DNA of 27,069 nt, from contig NC_057754.1 in assembly GCF_004010195.1 (NCBI RefSeq), forward strand, positions 1,712,823-1,739,891, read 5' to 3'. The translations under genes were made by a program, and so were the position numbers. Positions 1 through 11,599 of the stretch are shown here, piece after piece. The notes under the pieces were generated by a model. The model saw only the letters and a program-made list of their open reading frames with translations, did not search any database and had not been told where the DNA came from. This DNA is from Chiloscyllium plagiosum. Lineage: Eukaryota. The stretch's first letter is position 1. Each line of letters opens with the position of its first letter.

Positions 1-495
1 TATGCTACACTCTGGTTTTTGATTGTCAGAATTAAACTGGCAGTATGCTGCCAGTATATCCTGCTGCTGTTTTAGAGGGAAACAAATTGTAAGTGCAAGT
101 GGACAATTGGAAAGGACTTAAAAACAAATGTTTCCAAGCCCTGATTGCTTCATTCATTCCTGAAGCTAATCTGAAGTATATTATCTTTAAGGAACAGTAA
201 TGATTGTTAAAAATTGGGATGATGAATGTCACAATATAGTTGTCAGTTTTCTTTTATCTTTATACAAAGAATGTTTCCCTTTTGAGCTTTTGCTTTTTAC
301 TGTAGGGGGATAGGGAAATTAAAGTTTTCCCTATCTCACTGGATATCTTCCTTAGAACACCTCACTTACAGAAATCATAAGGATGGGTGGAGTGACAAAC
401 AGGACTGTCAAACTGTTTCTGCAATCATGGTTCAGAATTTGTGATTAAGCAGTCTTATTATATATCACTCTCAACATTTTGCATTTATAGCGACT

Positions 496-916
496 GAGGG
501 AAAGTGAGGACTGCAGATGCTGGAGAATCAGAGTTGAAAAGTGTGGCGCTGGAAAAGCACAGCAGGTCAGGCAGCATCCGAGGAGCAGGAGAGTTAACAT
601 TTTGGGCATAAGCCCTTCATCAGGCTTGACCCCTTCCCCACATCGCCCTCTTGAACCCTACCTGTCCATCTTCCTTCCCACATATCTGCTCTACCATTCT
701 TCTGACCTATCACTATCATCCCCATCTGCAGCTACCTATCACCTTGCCAGCTACCTTGCCCCCCACCTCCACCCCGACCCTCCTACTTACCCCTCAGCCC
801 CCTTCCCCCTGTCCCCCACATTCCAGATGAAGAGATAATGCCCAAAATGTTGACTCTCTTGCTCCTCGGATGCTGCCTGACCTACTGTGCCTTTTCAGTG
901 CCTTACTTTTTGACTT
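496..916. mobile_element. Penelope-like element fragment: inverted pseudo-LTR (496-624), C-rich 3' region, direct pseudo-LTR (821-916)
   Basis: Roughly 531-624 is the approximate reverse complement of 821-916. Both arms carry a decayed hammerhead-like motif (minus strand CTGATGA-A-GGGC-TTAT-GCCC-AAAA). Degenerate flanking duplication ATTTTGCATT near 476 and 920. Same family as 3468-3568 and 16851-17064. Confidence 0.75.
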
Positions 917-1120
917 CAATTTTGCATTCGTAAAGCACTTTTATGAAGATTGTCCCAAGATGCATAGCAAATAGCCAAAATATTGAGCCAGAGGCGGAGA
1001 TATTAGGAATGTTAACTAAACTCTTGGTTAGAGGTGTGTTAAAAGGGAGTGCAAGGACATGAGGTATGGAAGTGCAAGGGTGGGCAAAATCCTGTTGAAA
1101 AAGCTTCCATGAGTTGGCTG
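917..1120 (-). mobile_element. Decayed L2-type LINE/SINE 3' tail, interrupted by the 496-916 insertion
   Basis: TTGCATT..AAAGCACTTT..GTCCCAAGATGC..GAGATATTAGG resembles the reverse complement of the L2-type tail at 20100-20222. Recognised by eye. Confidence 0.45.
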
Positions 1121-1185
1121 CAGTGCATCTTATTGGTGACACACCAGTCCACAGAATATGAGTATGGCAAGGAAAGCTAACATTT

Positions 1186-1592
1186 ATAGCCCATTCCTTG
1201 CGAAGATGATAGTCAGCTACTTTCTTGAACCTCTGTCATTCATGAGATAGAATTGCACCCTGTGTGCAATGAGCTGGTGAGTTCCCTTTGATGGTGCCTT
1301 CCAAACCTACATCCTCTACCACTGAGACAAGGGCAGAAGATGCATGGAAACACAATCCCCCTGCAAAACCTTCTCCGAGCCACACACTATCCTGATTTAG
1401 AAATATATTACTGTTCTTTTGCTGCCAACAGGTCAAAATTCTGAAACTCCCTCCCAAACTGTGGATGTATATACATCCAAAGGATCGCAGTGATTCAGGA
1501 AGCAGCTCACGACCACTTTCTCCAGGTTAATTAGGGATGGGCAATTAATACTGGTCAAGCCAGTGATGTCACACCTCTCTTGAATGAATAAC
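1186..1592. mobile_element. Old LINE 3'-end fragments (minus piece about 1186-1270, plus piece about 1295-1592)
   Basis: The plus piece ends ...AATTAGGGATGGGCAATTAATACTGG...TGAATGAATAA and is homologous to 26488-26648. The minus piece is the reverse complement of the same tail. Confidence 0.6.
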
Positions 1593-1629
1593 AAATTGAA
1601 TAGACTTTTCTGCATGGTTTGGTACAATT

Positions 1630-1920
1630 GTGTGCCTCACTTAGCCATTTCAGAGGGCAATTAAGAATCAAATTCATTGCTTGGCCAGACTAAATAAGGG
1701 TGGCAGATTTTGACCCCTAAAGGACATTAGTGAATCAGGTTTTTTTAAAATGACAACTCGGTGTTCCAAGTTATCGTTACTGATGCTAACTTTTCATTCT
1801 AGATTTATTTATTTAACGACTGAATTTGAGTGCCACAGTTGCTGTTGTGGGATTTTGTGAGACCTGCTCTTTCAGCCAGATATCTGGACTGCTAGTTCAG
1901 TAAAAAAACAAATACGCTAT
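1630..1920 (-). mobile_element. Decayed SINE
   Basis: Minus strand contains TTCACTAATGTCCTTTAGGGG..AATCTGCCACCCTTA..TCTGGCC and TAATTGCCCTCTGAAATGGC, a body I recognise as a common shark SINE. The head is degenerate. Confidence 0.55.
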
Positions 1921-2169
1921 CATAATTATGATGGAATCATTTACAATTCCAGCTAGCAAGAGAACCAGGAAGGAAAGTTAGGTGGGGAGCAATTCACTGG
2001 GAATAAGGTCAAGGATTTAGGAGTTGCTTTGATGAGGTGAGACTGGCAAAGACATGGGGGGAGATGAAGGAGAAACTGAAACAGAAGTGGGTTCAATGTT
2101 TGGTATTTGACTTTATTATTTTTATTTAAATAAACCATCTGATCAAATAATCATTGGTGCATTTGTTTA

Positions 2170-2304
2170 ATAAAACAAAAATTGCAGATGCTGGAGATCT
2201 GAAATGAAAAACACATTGCTGGAGAAACTCAGCAGGTTTGGCAGTATCTGTGAAAAGAGAAAACAGAATTAACATTTTGACTCCAGCGATCCTTCTTCAG
2301 AACT
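2170..2304 (-). mobile_element. Old Penelope-like pseudo-LTR fragment
   Basis: TGCAGATGCTGGAGATCTGAAA..GCTGGAGAAACTCAGCAGGTTTGGCAGTATCTG..CCTTCTTCAG is collinear with 511-624 and 16865-16970. Minus strand keeps CTGAAGA, but GAAA has decayed to AAAA. Confidence 0.65.
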
Positions 2305-3467
2305 CCCTCAGCTCCATGTATTTAAATGGGGTTGAAATTGACTCACTCTTTGATTACAATTCTTGGCCTAAGAACTTGATTTTTCATTTCCTGGAGGTGG
2401 TGAGGTGGTGGTGACAGGGGGAAATAATTGTAGTGGTTAGTGCTGGAGAGAAACTCACATCTTCTCAGAACTTCAGTAATGAAGCTTTGCACAAGAAGTC
2501 TTCTTGACTTACCAGCAACTAAAGTCTTGAAGTGATCAATTATTGGCCAGTTAAGGACTTTAACACACCAACTTGCTGATCATTTGCTTTCCCAGCAGGT
2601 GAGAAAAGTAGCTAGTTTTCTGAATGAAAAACCATGATTTAGCCTGCCCTACTGGGTTGGAAAGGAGCTTCATTTGCCCCAAAATGGGAGCAGTTGGAGG
2701 CATGGTGAGCAAGGAGATCGCTACTGAAAATCACCACCCTGCCCTTGCTTCCGATTCATTCCCACCCCGTCCCTAAACCACCTTTCCTCTTGCTGGGACC
2801 AACACCCTGTGAGACAAAGGAAAGAAAGAAATATTTCCTTACTGCTGGTTCCCCAGAGAAATAGCCTTTCACTGGCAGGCTTTAGGATCCAACTGCTGGA
2901 CTGGTTGGCTGGAAGCTTCAGACAACCCAGATGACCAGTGCTGTGAACTGTGATAGCTTGCCTTTACTTGCCTCTCAGCTATTAATGGGCTGTTTGGTGG
3001 TTGATGAGATGAGTAATCCTAGTGGTGGGGACAATGTATCAGTCGACACCTAATATGCTCATACCCCCACACTTAGAATAAAAATGGGATAATCCTCTGG
3101 GTTTTTCAAATCTTTGACACCTCTGGGCTGAGATACATTGTTGGGTTGGTGGGGATTGATGTAGTTGTCAGGGAAAGAGATTGGGCTGAATCTTACATTT
3201 GTTTTGGCTAAGCCCAAGTTGTGTTGAGTGTTTTGTGCTGTTAGGCCTAGTAAGTTCTCTCATGTGTCGTACTGAACTTGCTCCATTAAGTTCCTAACCC
3301 ATCACTATGGAGTCCCCACATTTGATTCCAGCCACATCCCATCGCTACTCACCTGATATCCTGGAACTCACTAGCATTCCTTGCCTCTCCAATATTCTTG
3401 AAAGTCTTTTCTGTATCCTGACAAGCACTGTCAGTTCAGAGCTGTCCTATACAGTTCCTGACAATTG

Positions 3468-3568
3468 ATGGAAATGTGTTGCTGGAAAAGCGCAGCAGGT
3501 CAGGCAGCATCTAGGGAACAGGAGAATCGACGTTTCGGGCATTAGCCCTTCTTCAGGAATTCCTGAAA
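3468..3568 (-). mobile_element. Young Penelope-like pseudo-LTR insertion with 17-bp target duplication
   Basis: Perfect direct repeat ACAGTTCCTGACAATTG at 3451-3467 and 3569-3585. Body is near-identical to 16890-16970. Confidence 0.85.
3523..3563 (-). ncRNA. Minimal type I hammerhead ribozyme motif (Penelope type), core intact
   Basis: Minus strand reads GGAATTC-CTGAAGA-A-GGGC-TAAT-GCCC-GAAA-CG-TC-GATTCT: CUGANGA box, 4-bp helix II with tetraloop, GAAA, ACGU pseudo-helix III, GUC triplet, imperfect helix I. Confidence 0.7.
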
Positions 3569-3612
3569 ACAGTTCCTGACAATTGCCTTGGACATGGCAA
3601 ACTGGGAAATAA

Positions 3613-3786
3613 GTGCCTCGCTTTGCAAGTAGGGTCCTAGAAATCCTTTCGGATGGAGAGATGCACAGGGTGGGATTTCCTGTACTTCCAGGACCAGCAG
3701 TGGAGGCCACAACACTAAACCGTGCCAACTTGCTCTAAGGTCACCACCCAGTTTGAAGCAGTCTCAGCTGTCAAGAGGAATCATAG
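3613..3786 (+). pseudogene. Remnant of a Harbinger-type Myb/SANT-like DNA-binding ORF
   Basis: VPRFASRVLEILSDGEMHR, a frameshift, then FLYFQDQQWRPQH*TVPTCSKVTTQFEAVSAVKRN. This resembles the PRF..LE.L..V..R..L...AW..VA..V.A....R pattern of NAIF1/MSANTD4-like Harbinger Myb proteins. Confidence 0.5.
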
Positions 3787-4348
3787 CCCTCTAGGAAGTA
3801 GGTCATGCCCTTCTCCACTCCACCAACATAAGCGTCAGCATTTGTGTCCTATATTTCATATTCCCTCTATCACTGCTTCCTCACCCACCTCTCGTCAACT
3901 CTAATGCCGTACCATTCTCAATATTGCCTTCATCATCTTCCTGCACTGGCTGTCACCCATCACAGCCCCTGACACCATGCCCACTGTGCTATCTACATCC
4001 TGGTTTTGTGTCTGTGCTAAACAGTAAGGCAAGGTAGAACTAATATGAGCCCTGTATCTCTGACTGAGGGGGCAGAATGCGAAAAGGCAAGGCTAGGCAA
4101 TACAAGGCAGGAATGCTATGAGCATCCATTTATATTCAGAGTAAGTGAGCACTTTGACAGTGAGTAAAGAACTTGGAGGTGCAGCCTGGTCCAGTCAATG
4201 AGCTGGGTGTGTGTTTCGAAGTGAAATGTCTCTTTGCTGCAGCTTTTGTTGAAAATGCTGGTGTAGCCTGAACTGCAAAAATGAATACAGAAGCATCCTG
4301 TAAGTGGATTGGAGATGTGCCATGAGAGTTCTTAGAAGCTGGCACATA

Positions 4349-4558
4349 CAGGTCGTTCTGTTATAATGCACATTTTATCAATGTGAATTCGCTGTAACGT
4401 GACTAATGAACTGGGATGCTGTTTCTGCAGCGTGAACTTTTAAAACGTTTTTTTGGCTGTAACATGATTACAGCACCAACACTTTAAATTCTGTTTCTAA
4501 CGCATGATTTTTCTATAACACGGGGTGCGAAACCATTGCGTCATAGAAGAACTAACTA
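4349..4558. mobile_element. Tc1/mariner (Tigger-like) MITE
   Basis: Starts TA|CAGGTCGTTCTGTTATAATGCA. The right end reverse complement, TAGTTAGTTCTTCTATGACGCA, forms an imperfect TIR. Internal TATAAC/TGTAAC repeats. Confidence 0.6.
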
Positions 4559-6489
4559 TCAGATATCAATGTCCATGGGCACTGGCTGGTGCCAGTGGAA
4601 TGTGCCCTGTCATGTCAGTGCTCTGTATCCAACATGGAGGTTGTTCGGAGAAAGTGGCAAGCTGAATCCACCAGATACATGCTCATTTTCCTGTTGGAAT
4701 TTTCCTAACATCTAGCTTGTTTGGCAAGTTTGGTAAAATAGAGAATGGAATATTAATGAGATAAGTTGGGCCATCAAAAAGGTGTTTAACAAGCAATAAT
4801 CCTTCTTTGCTGCTGCCTGGTGAGAAACCTACCATGCTGCCTGTGAAAAGCATAAAAGCAAGGTGCTCCCGTGTCAACATTGGCTTCGCCTGACTCTTAT
4901 CCAATTCTGCCACACATCTTGCTTTGACTGAAATTGCTCAGACTCTTATAAGATACTGCTCATGGATTTTATATCAAATCTGCTCAATACTCAGCCAGCT
5001 AGGATTGAAAAATATTTTTTAACACCTGCTCACCTTAACCAGAGTAAAGATCAAAGGGAATTGTAAAAAAAATGTTCTATGTGAATAATTCAGTCGGCAT
5101 TAATCATTAAAACTAAAAAAAAACATGTTTGACAGAGTGGCAGTGTATTCTTTACAACATCTGTTTGAAATGTTTTGTGTTCACTCAGTTTGACTTTGTG
5201 ATGGTTCAGAAGTAGTCGCTGAATTCCCTCAGTTGTATTGATTTCAAAATGATCCATTTGTTCTTCAATTCAAAATGTCCAGATGGGGGAGAAGTACTAC
5301 ATGCATGGAGACAGAAGTGTATTCATGTCACAGTGTTTCAGATAGTAGGAGGACAGATGCCTGTGGTGATGTATCGGGTGAAATGGCAATTTTGAAGGTC
5401 AGGTTTGGTGCCTATAGGTGCAGAAGTAAAAGGATAATTTTATGTCTTTATTTTTAAGTTGTGTTCTTTTAAAGAAAAACAAGCAACAGAACATTGCAAA
5501 GATTGACAATCCCTTTCAGGTGAAACTGTAGTCCCCTCACTGAATTTACTCTTGAACACTTAAAAGGTTTTGAAAGCGGAGGAATTTCTGCAGCTACTCT
5601 CTTTAAGTTTTGCCCACTTGGGGGTGGTACATACTGTGAGGTTACCTGATTACCAGCAAGAGGTCAGGTTTTTGCTGTTGCTTGCATGTTCACCTGGCTG
5701 TAAATATGATTAATTTGCCCATCAGGAGCCACCAGCTGAGGCCTGTTAAGGATAGTTGGCTCTTGTAGTTTATATATTATTCCATTATTAACTTTTCAGC
5801 AAGGTACAAGTGGTGTGATAGCATTTGAGGTTTACGGAAAGATATTAGTTTCTTGCGTCAGTGCTGCAGCTTTGGCAGTCACAGATAAGGTTTGCTCTAG
5901 AGTTTTCAACTGAAGATTAATCACCTGCACATTATAACTCAAGAGAAAAGTCATTGGTGTATTTATAAACAATGTCTTCCTTTTTTTGCCTTTTATCATT
6001 TTTGTTTATTCATTATATAAAAAAGCATGTTAGTGATAGAGGATTAAAAGGCTATTTGACAGAGTGAAACAAAATGATGAGAGATTACATAATGTAACCT
6101 CCTGGGAAATGTCCATTCAAATCTGGTAGGGAGCTGCCAGTATTTACTCTGACAGTAACACGTTCCATTTTACACAAAATTATGTGCAAAACTTTCCAAT
6201 CAAAAATGATTTCTCTATCAACCTGTGTTAATGATGGCATGACTGTTGATTCTACAATGTGTACATTGATTTCAGCTCCTCCTTAGGTTGACTGCATTTT
6301 ACTGAGATGGGTGATACAGGAGCCATTAATGAATGTACTACAGTAGCCATTGCAGGGCTGTTGGTTGTAACATTTACTTACACAACAGAATAGGTAGAAG
6401 TTTGCCACATGGCTTTCATTCAGGGAGTGGAGCATAGTTCGACTTCCAAAGAATTTTTAAAATTCAAAGTCAAAACGATTCAACAGAAA

Positions 6490-6584
6490 AATGAAACACC
6501 ATGATGCTGAAAATCTGAAATAAGAGTAGAAAATATTGGAAAAATGCAGGTCAGGCATCACCTGTGGGGAAAAACAGTGTCAAT
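6490..6584 (-). mobile_element. Very old Penelope-like pseudo-LTR fragment
   Basis: GATGCTGAAAATCTGAAATAAG..GCAGGTCAGGCATCACCTGTGG is collinear with 2187-2260. Confidence 0.5.
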
Positions 6585-7232
6585 GGGCAGAATCTTGTTG
6601 AAATGATGGGGGCTTTGCTGGCTGGCTGGAGAAGCATATGCTGTCTCTTGCTGGGAAGGCCTGCTGAATGTAATGCCAGTCAGGAATAGGCAAGACATCA
6701 GTGGGCCTTCACCTGGAATTAAAATGCCAGCTGCAGAAATCCTGCCCAGAGAGAGCTACCAGCCAAACAGAAGCTTGCAGTGCCATGGAGGAGAGCATAA
6801 CTGCTACTGGAAACTCATCCAGGATCGTAGACAACCGTAGAATGAGGTAAGTGATTGGTGCATGGAGTGGGATCTCTGGAGTTGTGAGCTGTGGGCAGAT
6901 GGTGGCAGGGGATCTAGGTTCAAGATCAGTAGGGTGGCTCTCATTGGATATACCTCTGCTCTAATGTTCCGTTCCTCAATCAGACATTTAGTTACTTTGA
7001 TTGAATTTTGTTCCCAGCTGACAAGCTGCCTGTACAGGCTGACCTGTTATGTACACCACATGGTCATATAGCTTGCAGTTGGGATACTCCGAACAGTGTG
7101 AGGCTAGGTCCATAATTGGCTTTCTCAACCTGAACTTAATTCCCCAGGAGAGCGTAAGGCTGTGAAGGTTTGGTATGCTGTTACCCTGCCTAAGTGCCTT
7201 CCCACCTCCAAACCTGCTATTTCAAGGAGCAC
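6585..7232. mobile_element. Probable Harbinger-type non-autonomous element (decayed)
   Basis: Begins GGGCAGAATCTT, like 3183 and 9669, with a higher-GC body. Right end uncertain. Confidence 0.4.
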
Positions 7233-9554
7233 AAGTGGCTAATGTTCAGGTTGATGATCTTCCATTAGAACTGTTACATTTAGTCCTTAATTTTAAAAAA
7301 ATGTAATCTTATTTCAACCAGTTTTTCTTTCTCTCTTAAGGATGCTAGCCTATGCTGACTTTCCAGTAACTTGCTCAAAATGCTTTGTCCCTAAATATTT
7401 GCTACTTTTTAAAAAATTAAAAGTATTATTTTTCATGACTGGCTACAAATCCTCTTTATGGGAAGGACTGAATTCCATCCAAGTTACTCTTCCAGTTCCT
7501 GTCCTGTGTTATGTAACTAAATTAACCAAATCTATGGCCAATATCTCACAGCAATTATCTTACCTGGATTCAGCTGTGATTGCTGTTCAGCGTTCTGAGG
7601 CTGACATGAAGATGCTTCTTGCCAATATTAATTGGAAATGAAGTTTGGATGAGATGAGGGGGTAAAGATGGAGGAAATTAGAGCTTGGCCCTGCTAATTA
7701 AGAAATTTTAGCAATTACCTGATAACTGTCAAGTCATGAAGATTAACTTGGGCAAGTTGTGCTAATTGGTTATGCTAAGGTAGTCAGCTCAGGGGAAACC
7801 TGTTAACAATAGGATTTCACATCTATTGAGCTTGGTGAATGCAGAGTATATATGTTTTCAGTGTTGGCTGGAATTCCTGTTAGCAAGTACAACTGAAGAG
7901 CCTTACTGTTCATTGTCAACAATGCTACTGGTTTAAAAAAAAGTACTATTAGTAGTGAAGGAAGCAACTCAGGTCTCAGTGGAGTATAAATTGATTCACA
8001 GATCGTAACAATAGTTTCCCAGCATAAAATCTGCCAAATCACCTCAAAACTACATTGGTGGCCAGCAAATGCTCAGCAAGTCTACTTCAGTTAAAGTAGC
8101 TTTTGAGGTAGCATGTTTCAGTGCAATTACTAATTTGATGATGTGTGTTGCCTTTGCAGATAGTAGCATCATTTAATCTCGCCCGTTGATTTGCTAGTAA
8201 TGTAGGTGCTGAATAATAAAGTAAGCCTGTGGTGAATGAGTCTGACCTTCATCTTGCAGTTGCAATTATGTTCATGCTAATTTGGTTTTAGTAGCTTGCA
8301 AAGCATGGGGTATACAATTAATTTCAACTGTTTTTGGAGAGATACTTAAAATATATTCTCCTTGTCTCCTCTGAAGATTGTTGCTAAACAATTCTCTGTT
8401 GTTAGTCGTGAAAAAACAGAAAACTGCCAATGGTCTAAATATAAAATTAGTGTTTTTTTCCATTCTGCCAAATACTATAATATATTATAAGCAACCATAT
8501 GAATGAATGATCAACTAAATCACTCATTGCTGCTAACAGGATTGTGGTATGTATATAATGGCTGCTGTATTTGTGAAGGGCCTTGAAATGTTTCTGAGTT
8601 ATGAAAAGGCATTACATGAAGCATGTCTTTCTCCTTTCATTCCCACTTGCAATATCAAACAGCTAGACCTTGAGATAAATTTAGCATGCACAAAATTAGC
8701 CTATCCAGTTGTTTTGATGCTTTTTCCCACTTCAACACTACCATAGTTATTGTTGCTTGGAAATAAAAGAAATCAGATAAAATGCATTAATACATCTTTT
8801 TAAGCATTGGTAAAACAAGTAGAGACAGAATCTTTGCTAATCTTCTAATGCAGCTACCTGGAGAAGCATGTCATGACAAAAAATTAAAGTTATCTGTAAT
8901 TCAGATATTTATTATCTTAAGCTACAGAGTGAAGCTTCAGCTATTCCAAGTTTTGAACAGTAAGCCAAGTTTTCCCCTTAGGGCTTTGTAAAGTGATTTC
9001 TAGTGCCATGTTCAATGAAGCTTTCACACTGAACATGCAGTCAGGTTTTGTCCAAAGTTCTGTCGTGGTGTGCTTTAAATAGACAATAATGGATAGCTGA
9101 GAATGATTACATGGCACTAATCTGATTGAAATGATCACCTGGACACCAGATGAGATTATTGCTTTGAAATCGCTCCAGGGCATCTTAAAAATAAACGTGT
9201 ATCTTCATGAAATAGATGAAATAGTCTAGATTTTGCAATGTAATGACGGTGGAAGTGTCAGTGGTCGTCATCATTAGACTTTTAGAACTGATAGCAACTT
9301 GAGGAGCCTGTACATGTGCAGTTAGCCACCATATTCAGAGGTTGCTGACAGAGATTCTATGATTCACTATAAACTGAGCTGTGGAAGGTATCCCTCCACC
9401 CCCACAACTCCACAAACAAACCACAATCAATTAGAAATCACTGAACTGATGAGAACTTGCCCTTTTATGCTATTTCTCCCTATCTAAAAACCCTAGAAGA
9501 AGTTGCACATTGTTTGAGAAAATGTAATTGGAATTTTAACACTACATAAAGAAA

Positions 9555-9660
9555 ATTCTACAGATGAAGAAATAAAAAGCAAAAATAAGCTGGAAATACA
9601 CAGAGGGCAGCAGAATCTGTGGAGGGAGAAACAGCAGTTAACATTACTGGTTGAAGAAGA
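9555..9660 (-). mobile_element. Very old Penelope-like pseudo-LTR fragment
   Basis: GAAATAAAAAGC..GCTGGAAATACACAG..ATCTGTGGAGGGAGAAACAGCAGTTAACATT is collinear with 2200-2277. Confidence 0.5.
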
Positions 9661-9668
9661 TCAATGTT

Positions 9669-10060
9669 AGGCTGAATCTTTTCCGCCCTGCTAAGGGCTG
9701 CATGGAAGCAGGTGGTAGGGAATGTCATGTGACAGGCCAGCACGCTGGTTTCCTGGCTGCACTGTCCTGGTGTGTTCCTCCTGAGGCAGAATTGGGCAAC
9801 AGGGTGTTTGAATGGTGGTTCACCAATTAAGGTTCTTTAAACGCATTTTAAAATTGACAGAGAGGAATTGGTAGTCTCTGGAGGTGTTGTGAAACAGCAT
9901 ATGCTTTGGAGAAGGCCTGTCAGCAGCAAGATCAAGAGGCTGGCACTCCAGGCAGATTTTGAGGGCCACTTTGCCGACCTGGATTCTCTGCGGAGAAGTG
10001 AGTGGTGGCTCAGCTGCTATGGGTATTTTTTAAACTTTAACTTTGAAGTTGGAGAGAGGG
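9669..10060. mobile_element. Probable Harbinger-type non-autonomous fragment
   Basis: Begins AGGCTGAATCTT with a GC-richer body. Boundaries approximate. Confidence 0.35.
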
Positions 10061-10265
10061 TGCTTCTCAGTGATCACAATATGATTGAATTTTGCATAAG
10101 GGTTGAATATGACATACTTAATCTTAAACTAAGATTTTCATTTTCCATGAGGGAAATGGTGAGAGTATGAAAGGCAAGTTAGCTATAGTGGATTGGTAAA
10201 GTATGCTGTAAGATTTGAAGGTACATTTGATGGTAATGACTAGCATTTAAAGAAATATTACAATG

Positions 10266-11122
10266 TGTGATGCAAAGTGTGTGAATTAAACGTGCTGTAA
10301 TATCTTGTAGTTTTGAATTTTGAAGTGGTGGCACATGAGCTTTCTGCCAAGGGTTTGATGATTAACTTGTAAATATTTCTGGAGTCATGGTGATTTCTTT
10401 TCAAACATGGTATTAGAGAGAATTCCCTGAAAGGTAATGGGGATTTGTTTACATGGAAGCGTTTACAAGTGAATAACGTAAACAGTATGCATTAGTGTTT
10501 CAGATAGAAGATTCTGGAATCATTTAGGGTGCTTATGGTAAATGCCTGTAGCTTGGGACAGAATAGTTTTTGTTTCAGTTGGTTCAGGTTTGTAAAAATC
10601 TTGGCTGAAGCTAGATGTGTGAAAACAGTTGCTGCCAAGAAAGGGAATGGTTTAGGACTGCTAAAAGAGGTTACCTCAGTGTAAGGGGTTATTTGAAGCT
10701 GACAAAGTCTAAGCTCAGTTGTAGAAAACTCCTGGAGGAGGCTATCAGATTCTCTAGTTGAATCATTGAAACCACAGTCAAATTATGCCAACTTGATGTT
10801 AAATAAAAGGGAATTCTCTCTGGCGTGAGTAATGTGAAGGAGTGCTTTTGAGATTAATAGGATTGTTTTTTACCTTTTGTTTTTTAAAGTTTTAAATTTG
10901 GGCTATCTGTCCATAGTTTGGTTAATTCTATTTTATTTTAATTTCATTTATGTAAGAGAACTTCTGTTAAATTGTTAAACCCAGATCTGCAGCATTGTAG
11001 GCTTGTGTTTGTGTGGAAAAACCACTTTGTTAAAACTAAGAAAGACAAAATATGATCTATCAAGCCAGATTTCAGTCTGGGATCTTAATAGTCCAGTAAT
11101 AACATCAGCTGGGATCATAACA
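10266..11122. mobile_element. Probable solo LTR (857 bp)
   Basis: TG...CA ends with a short inverted repeat, TGTGATG / CATAACA. Flanks ACAATG and AAAATG (one mismatch). It interrupts the CR1 relic and has no ORF. Confidence 0.55.
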
Positions 11123-11383
11123 AAAATGTATACTCAAGTACATTCCTGTAAGGTGCAAACAGCCAAAGGGTGAATCCACTATGGTTAACGAAATGTGTCA
11201 GAAATTGTATTAAATCAAAGGAAGTAGTTTATGAGAAAGCAAGAAAAAGTGTAAGCCCATGCGTTGGGAGCAATTTAGGACCCAGCAAAGAAAGATGCAG
11301 TAACTGCTAAGGAAAGAAAAAAGAGAATATGAAGCCAAGTCATTGAGGAGCATAAAGGAGGACTGATATTGCATTGTATTAAT

Positions 11384-11599
11384 TCACGATAGTCTTACCA
11401 GACCATAGTGCTGCTCTCTCATTAGAGAGAGGCAACTGGTGGTGATTTAACCTGAGAGCCACCAAAACCCAAGCAAAGGAGGAGGTTGAGAATGAGAGCC
11501 CTTCAGGGTAACCTCAAACTGGTGATGGGAATTGAACCCACGCTGTTGGCACCACACTACTCTGTAAACCAACAATCCAGCCAACTGAGCTAAACCCTA
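11384..11599 (-). mobile_element. tRNA-derived SINE
   Basis: Minus strand A box TAGCTCAGTTGG (11592-11581) and B box GGTTCAATTCC (11538-11528), followed by a non-tRNA body of about 140 nt. Confidence 0.75.

Larger units (their letters stand above)
3183..4961 (+). mobile_element. Decayed PIF/Harbinger-type DNA transposon with two nested insertions
   Basis: Left end GGGCTGAATCTTAC (3183-3196) and right end reverse complement GAGCAGTATCTTAT (4948-4961) match at 10/14. Flanks are ATT and ATG. Contains an internal Myb/SANT-like remnant. Confidence 0.5.

Noticed and set aside
6074..6152. ATGATGA..CTGA C/D snoRNA candidate
   Set aside because: No terminal stem and no convincing internal boxes or guide.
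7342..7641. 99-aa ORF after an acceptor-like TTAAG
   Set aside because: No recognisable domain and no convincing donor.
11520..11599. tRNA gene
   Set aside because: A and B boxes are present but there is no acceptor stem or cloverleaf, and it continues into a SINE body.
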